A stretch of 63,056 bases of DNA, counting the filler, from Phoronis australis (lineage: Eukaryota; Animalia; Phoronida): assembly GCA_002633005.1 (NCBI GenBank). It is 6 parts of 6 records of this genome, joined end to end, with 100 filler letters (N's around TTAATTAATTAA, not from the genome) between each part and the next. Parts side by side here need not be neighbours in the genome. Positions count along the whole stretch, not along the records: positions 47,582 to 53,066 come from NMRA01002328.1; positions 53,167 to 63,056 come from NMRA01001570.1; 4 more parts are not named here. One strand, given 5' to 3'. Shown here in pieces: positions 50,666-63,056 of this stretch. Position numbers and translations under genes: made by a program. The notes under the pieces were generated by a model. It was not told the origin of the DNA and did not search any database. It saw only the letters and a program-made list of their open reading frames with translations. Numbering within the stretch: position 1 is the first letter of the stretch; every line of letters starts with the position of its first letter.

Positions 50666-50954
50666 TTAACAGATCAAAAAGAGCAACCTGTTTTGTACGA
50701 CATAGTGAATATCGAGTAGCGTTGGGAGGACGTAAAGGGCCAGGTCTTCGCTAGTCATGTTGCGTGGTTCGAGTAAAATTTCAAATTACACGAGATTTGA
50801 TTGGCTTGTTTCCAAATTGAAGCTCTGGTTAAGTTTGTCTGAGTCGAGTCTGAGCTCGCAGATTAAATCATCTTGGGCCCAGGATCCAAAATTGTTAATC
50901 TCATTCGCCATCGTTGGTATAAAATTAATGCCCTTAAATGGTTACGTTTTTAAG

Positions 50955-51111
50955 GGTCAAATTTCCAGTGGGAATGACGACTTCAATTACTACGACGAGA
51001 ACAAGGACAACAAGATCAGTAGCGCAGAACTGTCAAATGTTCTCAGAGTCAACGAAAGAGAAGTGGACGAGAGGACTCTAGGAAGATTCTTTGTGGAGAA
51101 TGATTTGAATC
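50955..51111 (+). CDS. EF-hand protein exon (loop DENKDNKISSAE and start of second loop)
   Basis: TTTTAAG acceptor and C|GTACGT donor; contains a canonical 12-residue EF loop. Confidence 0.8.
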
Positions 51112-52427
51112 GTACGTGAACAGCTTTTGAAATTATTTATTTCTGCAAGCAGACATTGAGGACTAATGTGTCTAGATAAAGTGACCTCATCACTGATGAT
51201 GTCATAGGTATTCGTGGTTGTAGCGCATGTCTCTTCAAGATAACTTACCGACAAGCCTGTGCATTTAGTCACGTATTTACAAAAGTATAGAAATTAACCC
51301 CGTAAAAGTATACATTTTCTGAAAGCAGAAACCGTATAGACTTTTAGTTTTAGTTTTAATCAATATATCGTTAACTGAATTGCCTGCTACTTTTAGTAAA
51401 TTTAGGAAAAAAGTGCATTCTCCGCCAATGTACATGTACGGTATCAATAACGTTAATCAAATTTCATTTAACATAATAATAGCTCAAGACGAAGTCTCAG
51501 CTAAAAATATCATTTTGTTTCAGTTTTAAGCCGCTTTTGGGTTTACAAAAAATCATAGCAATTTTTGTTTTGATAGCTTCTTGCTCAGAAGTGAAATATT
51601 TTTAAAAAAAAAAACAAGTTCTATAAATGTTTTGGACTAAAAGCAGAGTATAAAGATTAGTGAATGAAGGTTTCACGTGAATTCAGTAAGCCTTTTCAGA
51701 TTGATGATCTTCTAAATTTAGCTAAATTTGGACATTTCTTCTAGGGTCCCACACGATTTTAGTTGCTTTCAATTCTTTGGCAAATCTTTATCGGTCACTT
51801 TCAGACCTTTTGATTTTCGACCTTTTCAGTAATTTTGAATATTGAATTACATGTATGTGGGTCGACTCGCGCAAACGTTTACACACATACAGGTATACAA
51901 AGTGATTCCCCTGAGCGCGTCGAAAGTTATTAGCTGGCTATGAACCACACGGTCACTCCAAATCCTTCTCCAGTTCCCGGAAACGTCCATGTGCAATGTG
52001 GGTGCAAAAGTTTTCGGAACACACCAATTAATCCAGACACAAAAGTTTGTAAAAATGTCAAGTGTGAGAACGTGGTGTGACTGGGGACTTTCATTGCTAT
52101 TTGTGGGTCCACATTTTTAATAATACTTTGGGTTTTACCATTGTTGTTTAAGAGTAAATAATAAAATCTTTGAGACGCGATTCTGCGCGTAGTGATAACG
52201 ACGATGCCGGCAGTTTACGTTTTTTAAAGTTTCATTCTTTTTGAAGCAAAAATGATCATTTCAACAAAAACAAAACTTGCCCCATTGTGTGACGGTACAG
52301 GGTACGAACTGAGATAGTTCAGTCAGCGCCAATTCAGAGAAAAAGATACTTCTAAGGTTGAAAATAACACAATTAAAAGTTGAAAAGTGAAAAGAAATAT
52401 ACTTTTCGTTGAATGGCTTCATTTAAG

Positions 52428-52481
52428 GAGACGGGTTCTTGGACAGAGAGGAATTCGTGAAAGTCAACGAAAGAGAAAATG
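52428..52481 (+). CDS. EF-hand protein exon completing loop DLN-RDGFLDREE
   Basis: Bounded by AAG and GTAAGT; the phase-1 join creates a second canonical EF loop. Confidence 0.8.
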
Positions 52482-52723
52482 GTAAGTATGAATTAATCGA
52501 TGTTCAAGTAAAAATGTTGTGTCTGTGAAAATATTACTAATTTAATTTCAGTTGTAAATGTATTTGAGCTGAAGTTTTTAGGAAGCGTGTAGTTTGTCCG
52601 TTAGTGATGAAATACATCTTTAGATTGCCATCAATATGTATGCTTGCTACACTGAATTTGTTGTAGAGTACGTATTTTTATATTATTTACGGGACATGAT
52701 AAAATTGGTTGATATTTCTACAG

Positions 52724-52839
52724 GAGCTCTGGAAATGCTCCTGATTGCTTCAGCACTTTGGCTGAGCGTGTCTGTTTCTTCAAATTTTAGAAATCCCTTA
52801 TCATTTCAATCAATAAGGAATAGAATGAAACCAGTTTAG
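52724..52839 (+). CDS. Candidate last exon of EF-hand gene
   Basis: TTTCTACAG acceptor; the phase-1 frame reads GALEMLLIASALWLSV...KPV*. Confidence 0.4.
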
Positions 52840-53649
52840 AAATCGAAGTGATGCGATATTCATAATCATAAAAGAATCACGAGATTGTTAGTTTCAAAAT
52901 AATTTGTTCAAAGGACAAAGTTTTTACAAACATTACACACTGAGCAAAAAAAGAGGATAGCATACATGTACTGGGTGTATAATTACTAGGCTATCTCTTT
53001 CAAATCATTATCAAGACAGAGTGTACTCGATGTAGTAAAAATGTAATAGTGATTGAAATCCTTTCTNNNNNNNNNNNNNNNNNNNNNNNNNNNNNNNNNN
53101 NNNNNNNNNNTTAATTAATTAANNNNNNNNNNNNNNNNNNNNNNNNNNNNNNNNNNNNNNNNNNNNTTTCTTGGGGACAACTTTATCCTATTATAAGAGA
53201 AGAAAGCGTGTACCAGTTTATCTGAACTATCAGTCAAACAGACGAAACCTACAAAACAGCACCTAGATCCAAAACACCACGTTACAACGAAGCCACTTTG
53301 CAAAAAGGAATACAGTCTATCCAATGCTATGTAATATGTCACAGTATTTCGATCTTTACAAGTCCTAAAAAGACAAGACCTAATCAACAAGCAAGAAAGA
53401 ATTATGTAGACGCCATGTGCTGGTCACATCACATGACCAAATTGACCAGTCTAAAAAGATCTCTCTTTCTGTTATCCGTATACCTGCAGCCGGGAGAGAT
53501 CTTGTCGGACTTAAAATAGGTCAAATGATGTGACCAACGTCTAGCTCGTAAGAAGACTTAGATTCTTATTCATACCTCGAAAATCAATAAGTTAATCAAT
53601 AAAATAACACATTTCACAAAGAAATACTTAATTTACCAAAACCACGTAC

Positions 53650-53788
53650 CGCAGATGATAAAGCAGATGCATCTACAGCAGGTGATGCAGAAGATTTTTC
53701 TTCAACTCCGTCGTCAAGGAGATTTTCCTGACTTCTACGTCGAATCAACTGAACAGTCATATCGTGAAGTTCCCGTGGGGTTTTACTC
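53650..53788 (-). CDS. MYO15: Myosin XV tail exon (SKTPRELHDMTVQLIRRR...SSA)
   Basis: TTTTTTCAG acceptor; phase-2 start matches the previous donor; GTACGT donor. Confidence 0.7.
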
Positions 53789-55089
53789 CTGAAAAAATAT
53801 TTGCTGAAATTACATGTCAAGACTAGTGTGATAGGTCCTTGCTTTCTTTATTCGAGGTCGTGTGTTCAAGTCCTACTGTGTCAAACTGCAAAACCCTCGA
53901 GTCAGGTTTCTAGCTCCTAAGCTCAATTTTAACTATATATTAATAAAGCATTATTCCAGGTGATCAGTGCAATGGGCCCAAATGCACAGCACGCGCACAT
54001 CTGGTACAAGGTGTATCAGACCGCATGCAATTACTTTTTCAAATGACACTTTCCTGATCTCCAGATGTCAGTGGTGAGTTCTTGACCAAAGCACACCAGG
54101 ATTTAAAAACATTACCGTGGTCATCAGATCTTGAAATTTTGCCAAATGCGTGCGTGTGTCATTTTCCAATTTGCAATTTTATTTTAGGTGTGCCACAATA
54201 AACTCTGAAGTCTCTTCTTAACTGAAGGTCTCGATGTTTTGGTTCGCAATGGTGTATAACCATATCATGATTATTAAAAAAATGCAAGACTCCTTTTACG
54301 AGAGTAAAAAGCCTAATTTGACTTTCCTTTTTTAGCCAAGTAAATGGGCAAAATACAGCTGGCTGTAAATTCACAGCAATGATGCAACGCTCTTGGAAGT
54401 AATTGTCTAAAATTTGAAAAATAATGCTACTGTAGAATTTGTATTGTAGCGTCTATCAACAAGACTCTGCCATTTATAATCTTAGTACAGAGAGATGACT
54501 GAAGCATATTTCTCAATCATACAGTTTCAGCACAGCGCCTGTACTTAAAAGGAGATGCTATAGAGAGTTAAAGAGAGAACACTCTCAGGCAACAACACGT
54601 ATATTTAAATATTACTTATAAAAAATTCAACAGGAATTGTATGGAATGCAACTTTTCATACTTCTTCCGCACACACTGAAATTACCTCTTTTCCTTAGGG
54701 CAGCAACAAACATGGCCGTTCTGTCCAGAATCTAAGTTTTGATTTAGGCCACCTACCACTATAAAATTGGTGTCAACTTCACGAAATGAGTAGACACATT
54801 GAGTGAACGAGATAACTTTCTGCACAGACAAAAATTAACGTAGTATGTTATACCTAAAGACTATACTAAGCACATGAAAATGACACGACGTGACAAGCCA
54901 ATTTGTAGCGCCAGGTCTCAAGAACTAACGACCTGTCACTTTTTTCCAAGCCCTTAAATCAACTCCAATTTGACTAAAGAGCAATTTGACAACAATTTCA
55001 TAATGGTAAGTGCTCTACATCAAAAGTTATTTATTGAGATCTTAGGTTGATTTATGCTTCAGTCCTGCAGAAAAAAACAATGATCATAC

Positions 55090-55961
55090 CTCAAACTATC
55101 CTTGTCTATCTTCTGCTCGTCAATGAAAAGCTTCCCAACAGATGTTTTGGTAGACTTTTTCTCGACCAGTGGCGGCCATCTTACTTTACCGATGCGCACC
55201 GTTTTAGCTCTGCCTTCCAGATCCTCAGGTAAAGGCTCCAAGCTGTTGACTTCTTCCTCCTCTTCTGTCGCACCGACAAACCTTTCTGGAAATGAAGGTC
55301 TGGATAATAAAGGAGATGTTGGACTGGTAACAGATTCTGAATTTGATGCGAATCGTGACCGCGGAATATTCTGAACGACATCTGAGAACCCAACTTCCTT
55401 TGGTGTTGCACTGCCATTAACTACTGGAGAGGCTTTGGAAGGAGTTGTCTTTTGAGGGGGCGGTGCCGGCTTCTGCGGAAACGATTTCTGGCGTGCACCA
55501 GCAGACGTACTTGGCTGCGGTTCTTCAGCCTCGACAGAGGTCTTCCCCTCAAATATCCTCCGGGTGTTGCTGACGGCTGCTGCCACTGGTGGCGCCGGCG
55601 GTGGTGCAGGGGCTTGTTGAGGAACTGCTGGCTGAACAGAAGGCTGAACAACAGGTGGTTGCAGACTGGCAGCGAGATTGTAGGTGGCAGGAGCTGCAGT
55701 AGGCACCTGAACCAGTGGATTGACAACTGGTGGCTGAACAACCAATGGCGGTTGACCACTGGCAATACCATAAGCGGTTGGCACCTGACCCAGTGGAACA
55801 ACGGGGGTCGCCAACGGTCTGGGGACAGCCATCTGTGCCGTCTGTAGCTGTAGCTGTTGCAACTGCTGCTTGAGCATTTCCTGTTGGAGGCTATGCTGGA
55901 GAACCTGGTTCTCGAGAACAGTCTGTTGGAGGCTAGCCTGCAGGCTGGCTGTCTGCTGAGA
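55090..55961 (-). CDS. MYO15: Myosin XV tail exon, Gln/Pro-rich, with RAKTVRIGKVRWPP
   Basis: 872-nt open exon bounded by CAG and GTATGA; the KTVRIGKxRWPP motif is recalled from invertebrate myosin XV tails. Confidence 0.85.
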
Positions 55962-56235
55962 CTGCAACAAGGAAAAAACATGTTAAACGACGCACCAGGG
56001 ACTCAGAGTTGACCAGCAAGTGCCAGAATGCATGTGCATAGAGCGTATAACTACACACAGAATGGAATGATGGCAGGTTATAATTTGTTAAGTCTCGAAA
56101 TTTTCAAAACGACACACAGAAGTCTCAAGCATTTGGTGCTTTTTGTAAATATATAAGCCACATCTACTAAATTGTCACATACGTGAGACATCTGTTAGTG
56201 ATAATGATGAATACCAAAATTTCGCAATTTGTGAA

Positions 56236-58570
56236 ACAAGAGCAACGCGGAGTGTTGAAATGAGCACACGAATGCACTGCAAATGGTGTGCTCCTAGGGT
56301 GTTTATATCATAAAAATGGCCACTACATAGTGCAAAATATTTTGAATCCATCAAAAAACTGGAAAATGCCACCAATTTTTAACCGAAAGCTATTTACCAC
56401 ATTTCAAGAAAATCCAGCAAGAGACGTTAGCATAACGGAAAAAATGGTTAATTGCCACTAGGGGGCAGTGTTAGTCAGACCCGTCTGAAAGTCATCATCT
56501 TAATTCCGATGTTAAGTTGTTAACTTCATATAAACACATTTGCGACACTAAATAATGATCCTGTAGAGCGTTTAGGAGATACAGCCATGTGCGCAAAAAC
56601 AAACAAAACTGCCACTAGAAGGCGCCACAGTAGTCCAAGTCCACGGAAAACCATTGCCAACCGTCTTCTTTATTGTAAGAACATACATGCCAATTTTCAC
56701 AATCATCCCTAGAGTGGTTCGGTTGATGGAGGGACGGACGCCAAGAAACAGACTCGAAACTGGTAAAAATGGCCACTAGATAGCACAAAATGCCTCGAAT
56801 CCATCCAAAAACGGGAGGATACCATTCTCTCATTAATAGATGCCTATGTGCCAAATTTCATGAAAATCAGTTGAGGACCTTGTAAGATACAGAGGCAAAC
56901 ATAAAAAAGTACAAGAGCAACGCAGAGCGTTGAAATGCGCCCACAATTTCACCGCATACGGTATCCTTCTAGGGTTGTTTATTGGTACCATAAAATGGCC
57001 AGTAGAGGGCATATATGTAGTATGTTGTACTTTGCAAAATGGAAAGGCATGGTCCTTGTCTCCTCAATAGGCTAGGGGCAAAATGTGAGTAATCTTCATA
57101 ATACAAGCACATCCTATACACCAGTTGCTTAAAGCACCACAGAAACATAGAATTAAAAACAAATTTACCAACATACGAGATTAGCACAGCATTAGAATGC
57201 CAGAAACAAATTTCTACTTGGAACTTTTCCTTCATAGTCACGAAGTAACACAAAGTATACACCTGAAGACCTATGAAAATACAGAGGTCAATGTAAAATA
57301 CTNNNNNNNNNNNNNNNNNNNNNNNNNNNNNNNNNNNNNNNNNNNNNNNNNNNNNNNNNNNNNNNNNNNNNNNNNNNNNNNNNNNNNNNNNNNNNNNNNN
57401 NNNNNNNNNNNNNNNNNNNNNNNNNNNNNNNNNNNNNNNNNNNNNNNNNNNNNNNNNNNNNNNNNNNNNNNNNNNNNNNNNNNNNNNNNNNNNNNNNNNN
57501 NNNNNNNNNNNNNNNNNNNNNNNNNNNNNNNNNNNNNNNNNNNNNNNNNNNNNNNNNNNNNNNNNNNNNNNNNNNNNNNNNNNNNNNNNNNNNNNNNNNN
57601 NNNNNNNNNNNNNNNNNNNNNNNNNNNNNNNNNNNNNNNNNNNNNNNNNNNNNNNNNNNNNNNNNNNNNNNNNNNNNNNNNNNNNNNNNNNNNNNNNNNN
57701 NNNNNNNNNNNNNNNNNNNNNNNNNNNNNNNNNNNNNNNNNNNNNNNNNNNNNNNNNNNNNNNNNNNNNNNNNNNNNNNNNNNNNNNNNNNNNNNNNNNN
57801 NNNNNNNNNNNNNNNNNNNNNNNNNNNNNNNNNNNNNNNNNNNNNNNNNNNNNNNNNNNNNNNNNNNNNNNNNNNNNNNNNNNNNNNNNNNNNNNNNNNN
57901 NNNNNNNNNNNNNNNNNNNNNNNNNNNNNNNNNNNNNNNNNNNNNNNNNNNNNNNNNNNNNNNNNNNNNNNNNNNNNNNNNNNNNNNNNNNNNNNNNNNN
58001 NNNNNNNNNNNNNNNNNNNNNNNNNNNNNNNNNNNNNNNNNNNNNNNNNNNNNNNNNNNNNNNNNNNNNNNNNNNNNNNNNNNNNNNNNNNNNNNNNNNN
58101 NNNNNNNNNNNNNNNNNNNNNNNNNNNNNNNNNNNNNNNNNNNNNNNNNNNNNNNNNNNNNNNNNNNNNNNNNNNNNNNNNNNNNNNNNNNNNNNNNNNN
58201 NNNNNNNNNNNNNNNNNNNNNNNNNNNNNNNNNNNNNNNNNNNNNNNNNNNNNNNNNNNNNNNNNNNNNNNNGCCTACATACCAAATTTCATGAAAATCC
58301 GTTCAGGACTTTTGAAGATACAAAGGTAAGCGTAAAAAAATAAAATTGCCACTAGGGGGCACACCGGTAGTCGGATCCGTCCGAAAGTTCGCACATGCCG
58401 TCCCATTCATGAATGGAACATAGGTGCCAAATTTCATGAACGTATGTCAAAGGGTTTTGGAGATAGAGCAGCGGACGCCGGACGCCAGACGCCGGACGGA
58501 CGCCGTCCGGACGGACGGACAGAGATGACGGCATAATGCGTCCACATATAAATATGTGGGCGCATAAAAA
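56236..58570 (-). mobile_element. HINE/DINE-type elements in a MYO15 intron (two 3' ends at about 56240 and 56915, 5' end at about 58565)
   Basis: AGAGCAACGC.GAG.GTTGAAATG.GC.CAC occurs twice, and GCGTCCACATATAAATATGTGGGCGCAT with (GGAC)n lies at 58480-58565. Confidence 0.75.
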
Positions 58571-59519
58571 TTGCCACTAGAGGGCACAGCGGTATTCGGA
58601 TCCGTCCGAAACTCGTCACCCATAGGAACACACCAGCCAAATTCCAGAATTTCAAGTGTGTTTCCTCACAGAATGTCATCATGTCATAAGGCTTCCATTG
58701 TGTGGGGGTAATGAACGTAACTTTTTGTTCTAGACTGATGCATTATGGGATATTATGGTGTCTGATGAGATGATTTTCATTTTACTTAATATGAAAGACA
58801 TTACGTTTTACAAATTAAACAAAAATAGATTATTTTTTTAACTCGTATACCAGCCTTGTATCTTCTATTATGCTAATGCGAGATCATTTAAAAGCACTTT
58901 AAGGTTGTGATTTCTAAAACTCTGAGTAGACCAAGTTGCGACGATGGGAACCAGGACATCATAAATCAACACTGCTTCCTGACACTGCACCACTGGCTAT
59001 TAAAAAGTCAGTGTTTTGGTATAACCAAACGCAACAGGCTATATACGGTCACAACAATCAAACGGTACATAGCAACGTCAAGAAATGGTGTGCACAATAT
59101 AAACAATTAGAAGATGTGAAATCGGAGAGTTGAACACAACTGCCAGATATCAAACATTCTGAGTTTATATATCCACAGGGCCTAAGGTCTTAACTACGCA
59201 CTCGCAGAGATTAGACTCTGACTTGAAACTTTAACGATCACGTGTCATTATCCGTGTGCAAATTTGTCAGAGTTTACTCGAAACGTGCGATGCAATTGTC
59301 AGCGAGTCGAATTTTGAAACCCCACGCCCAGAAGAGAAGTTTCGCAAATTTCAAATATGCAAATTCGATTTAGTGTTGCCATTACCCTTAGACTGACCTA
59401 ATATTTAACGACCAACCGTGAATATAACTGGAAATTAACTCTAGGGATAGAACGTCATATTCTGTGGTTGGTCAACGACGTTACACAAAACCACACGTGA
59501 AAGTATCAGATGATCGTAC

Positions 59520-59702
59520 CTGCAGTGCCTGCTGAACAGCAAATGCCTGGCCAGGGTCCTGGTAGAGGCCTGTGGCTGGAAGCAGTGGAGGAGTGTACAG
59601 TGGAACAGTTGGTGCGAGGCCGGGCAGCTGAAGAGATGCATTGGCACCATACGACAGGCCAGCGTTGTTCTGAGGCAATCCCAGATTAATGCTCTGCCCA
59701 GG
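59520..59702 (-). CDS. MYO15: Myosin XV tail exon (PGQSINLGLP...QQALQ)
   Basis: 183-nt exon bounded by CAG and GTACGA; phase 0-0. Confidence 0.8.
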
Positions 59703-59828
59703 CTGGAAGACAATTGGGTAACGAACTTAATGTTAGCCTTGACATTAAATATGATATGACTAAATTAAACGGCTACATATAAAACCGCCTTCTCATATGA
59801 AATTGGTCCCAAATTAAACATTACGGAG

Positions 59829-60087
59829 AATTGTCATGCGGACTTGACAGGGACCTCAGGGGTCTCACACTTCACTGATTTATCCACATTATTTTGAAAA
59901 CGCTTTAACTGGTCACGCACTGTGTGTCATAAAAGAGATAAGCATACCTGCAGCTGACGCAGCAATTAGAACTGCTCTCGTTTATCACATTGGTGTAGAC
60001 TCACAGTTGAACTGTGGTTTTCTGTTGACCCCAGACCGTCCGGAGTTGCACCATGTACCAACTCCGGACGGTCTCTCATGACGATTT
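59829..60087. mobile_element. About 260-bp MITE, copy 2
   Basis: Colinear high similarity to 33507-33765. Confidence 0.75.
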
Positions 60088-60356
60088 ATCGTTGTGCCTT
60101 CGTCAAAATGAATGTGATTTGCGGTCATAGCATTGACAATTTGTAACTGCTTCAGACCTGGCTATATAAGCTGGCATGTCACAGTGTCATTTTGTGCACC
60201 AAGCATGGTTACAAGGAATAACCAACTTAACAACTAAAAGTTAATTGCTCAATTCCACTGGTGTGCAGGTGCCGTGAAACAATGCTCATGTAGGGTATTG
60301 TATTGGACCTGTTAACATTGATATGGAACAACAAAATCTTAACAGCTCCAACTCAC

Positions 60357-61281
60357 CATGCCAGGTAAACCCTTGCCACCTCCTTTGACTTTCTCCGCCA
60401 TCAGGCGGCCATCAGACAAATACCCGTCACCACCACCTGTTTGCTCCAGGAGACCATCCAACCATTTGTCCAAGTCGCCTGCATTCTTCTCACCTTGCGT
60501 TCCTGACTTCCCCCCTCCTCTTATATTATTTTCCAGTGTCCTGGCATCAGACAGTCCATCCACGTCGTTGCCCAAGACCGGATTGAACAGGTTCTCCAAC
60601 CAGTCATCCATGTTTGTCGCACTCGAAAGGCCACCCTCCGAATGCACGGATCGGGGTCGTTGACTGATTTCGCTGCGAGACAGCTGCCTCTTGCGCAGCT
60701 GGTTGACGTTGCTAAGATTGTTAGCATTCACGTTGTCGTTGTTTGATTTGTATCTCCTGTTAAGTCTAGAATTGGACAATTCGCCATTCGTAGGTACGCC
60801 ATTGGACAAATAGCCATTAGGTGTACCATTTGGCAGATGACCATTGGGAACATGGCCATTGGGAACATGGCCATTGGGAACGTGGCCGTTGGAAACATTG
60901 CCCACCTGCACTCGGTTGATGTAGCGACTATTCAGCTTCGATCCAGACAATGGATTGCTGACATTGCCGTTCGTTATGACTGGTTCTTCCGTAACTGGGG
61001 AAGGTGGCCGTTGGGCTTGAGGAGCCCTTCGTTTGGTATACCTCTGGTTCATCTTGCTGTCTCTGGACAGGCCTGGTGTGGTGACAACTCCTGGCCGCTG
61101 ATTTAGCTTGGAGCTCTGCGACAGCAAGGAAGTCACAACTTCCTTTGTACCAGTAGTAGTGGTCACCTCAACTGGCCGGGACACGGGTACTGAAGGTGGT
61201 GGTGTACGCCGGATTGGGGGTGGTGTTTGGACTTCCTGAACATCAATGTCGAGCATATTGAAAGATTCAGGGTTGTGAGGT
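60357..61281 (-). CDS. MYO15: Myosin XV tail exon, low complexity, with WLENLFNPVL...GGG motifs
   Basis: 925-nt open exon bounded by TAG and GTGAGT; phase matches the upstream exon; the LFxPVL...GGG motif resembles the MYO15A tail. Confidence 0.85.
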
Positions 61282-61698
61282 CTACAATAAGAATGAATCA
61301 TAATGACAGTGAAAACATCACAGGCACCACACTCATACCAATTTTTCAGTCATTTGTAATGTCATGGGTTCGACTAACAAGTTTTATACAAGTCAGCAAT
61401 CAAAAGTACCTAGTAATTGTTTAGTTTGTCATATCGTGACTGTGTGCTTAGACTTTCTAGAAAATGTATACGAGTGCGTTTGAAAGAGAGTTCCTGACAA
61501 TGTATGTCTAGCCATCAATTCCCGATGATGCCTTTTGGTATATGTATTATGCATGCATTTGAGAACGATTGAACAGAGGACCTCCAAAGAAAAAGTCGCA
61601 TTAAATTTGTAATCAGGCAAAACAAATAGAATAACTCCCAAAAAGATGACCAAATATTATCCACGGTTATTAAGCTCATACACGACTTGTGAACTTAC

Positions 61699-61975
61699 AA
61701 TTCATCTGAAGAACTACGCCTGGCCTCGGTAACTCTACGCCTGTCCACAGACACCAGAAAATAAGAATTCTGGACGGGGAACTTTGGCGGAATTTCAATT
61801 TCGCTTAGTAAATCCATGACATAGTCATAGCCAGCGAGTTCATATGATGCATAGTCATCCCGAAGCTCAATTGTCCAGCCAAAGTTGTTCTCAACAATCG
61901 TGCGAAGCTGGAGTAGGTCATGGGCGAACTCTTCACCCGTTGACCATGAAGTCACATGACCCAGCATTTCCTGAC
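61699..61975 (-). CDS. MYO15: Myosin XV tail exon (post-MyTH4/FERM-like: HVTSWSTGEEFA...ELAGYDYVMDLLSEIE...SYFLV)
   Basis: Motifs SWSTGEE, GWT, ELAGxDYVxDL and FPxQxSYF recalled from MYO15A; bounded by TAG and GTAAGT. Confidence 0.88.
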
Positions 61976-63056
61976 CTAGAAAAGAACACCGATAATATGA
62001 TACGGTGACCTCTCACCAGAGGAAACAGGTGTATGTACCTTTTGAGGGGAGGGAAAGTCTTTGGTTGCAGGATGGTCACCTCTGGATGCCACCCATTGTC
62101 AGCAACGCAGTAAGGAGATAAAATTATCGTTAATATTATTAAGTCATTCCAACTTTGAAGTGAATTTTCAGGCTTTGGAGGGGGGATTTTGAGCATGAGA
62201 AAGGAATTCCAAGTGATGCTTTTAACATTTTTCACAAGCGATGTGGTCAAAATTTGGCTCAAAAATCGAGCCATCAATGTCCCTGATGATCTACAAATGG
62301 TCACTGACATGTCCTGAACACATCCACTAAAACAAGAAACTGTAGGAACACCACATTCACCCACCTTCACTCTTATCAGGCTTCTATTGTGAGTCAGCAT
62401 GCGTGAATAATTGGCTGATAAGCCACCTCTGGAACTACTTTTGGCTGAATGGATGACCAGGCCATAAAATGATAATCAGCCAAGACCAGTTACCATAATG
62501 CAACAAAGAATAATGTCTTGCATCACCTAGCCTTGGTGGAAAGCTGTATACTGTATTGGCTCAAACAAACGCTTAGAAAAATTCATTTCACGGAGAGGGG
62601 ACGCTTATTGCAGTGACCCTACGGCAGTTGAAACCCGGTTTCCCAAACGGGTAAAATCGGAAGCTAGAATTCATCAAATTTACGCTCTGTGACGTATTTG
62701 TAGCCTATGACAGCCTTTCTACAAAATTGTGGTGCATTGATATCAACTTCCGTTGTTAAATTACGATAATTTTTCAAAAAATTGTGCGCATCACAGGGCG
62801 AAAACTTGCCGACTGATGCGTCGCTGAATCGCGATCGTCAATAGGAAAACTTGTACTCTTGAATAAAAATATAGTTTCGACTCAACAAATTACCTGAAAT
62901 CTTCCTGATGTTTTACAATTTTTAAAGTTCATGTGGAGTCCAGATTAATTGCGATTAAGTCCAAATGTGCGCTACATCGTACTCCACAACACGAGAAAAA
63001 TCTCTGGATGAACACACATGTTGTTGTCACGTGACGTTTGTTTTGAAGGTCGTCTG

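Noticed and set aside
55102-55981. Overlapping plus-strand and alternate-frame ORFs in MYO15 exons (also 60358-61106)
   Set aside because: They are shadow ORFs of GC-rich low-complexity coding exons.

Overview
AT-rich, intron-rich animal (probably marine invertebrate) genomic scaffold. It contains three long N gaps and five 100-bp N/TTAATTAATTAA/N linkers, so adjacency across those joins is not guaranteed. Genes: (1) a complete six-exon UBE2W on the minus strand (8749-23416, about 150 aa); (2) a head-to-head plus-strand gene of unknown identity with candidate exons at 23598-23774 and 40112-40382; (3) a signal-peptide plus two-Ig-domain (L1CAM/contactin-like) gene fragment at 27230-30142 with two apparently non-canonical splice sites; (4) an orphan terminal exon at 41935-42186; (5) a small two-EF-hand gene (48257-52839); (6) five tail exons of myosin XV on the minus strand (53650-61975). 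The rest is dense in transposons: a decayed LINE (RTEX-like, partly duplicated), several Helentron-associated HINE/DINE-type elements, a 5-kb TTAA element with Sola3-like remnants, Kolobok-, hAT-, Mutator- and Tc1/mariner-like non-autonomous elements, tRNA-derived heads and minisatellites. The most unusual observation is a 5 x 45-bp array that multiplies the end of UBE2W exon 5 together with its GTAAGT donor. Any downstream donor would change the C-terminus from WWYHDDSV to WWYHGKLC-stop, and most would be predicted NMD substrates. All calls come from reading the sequence; no database searches were run.
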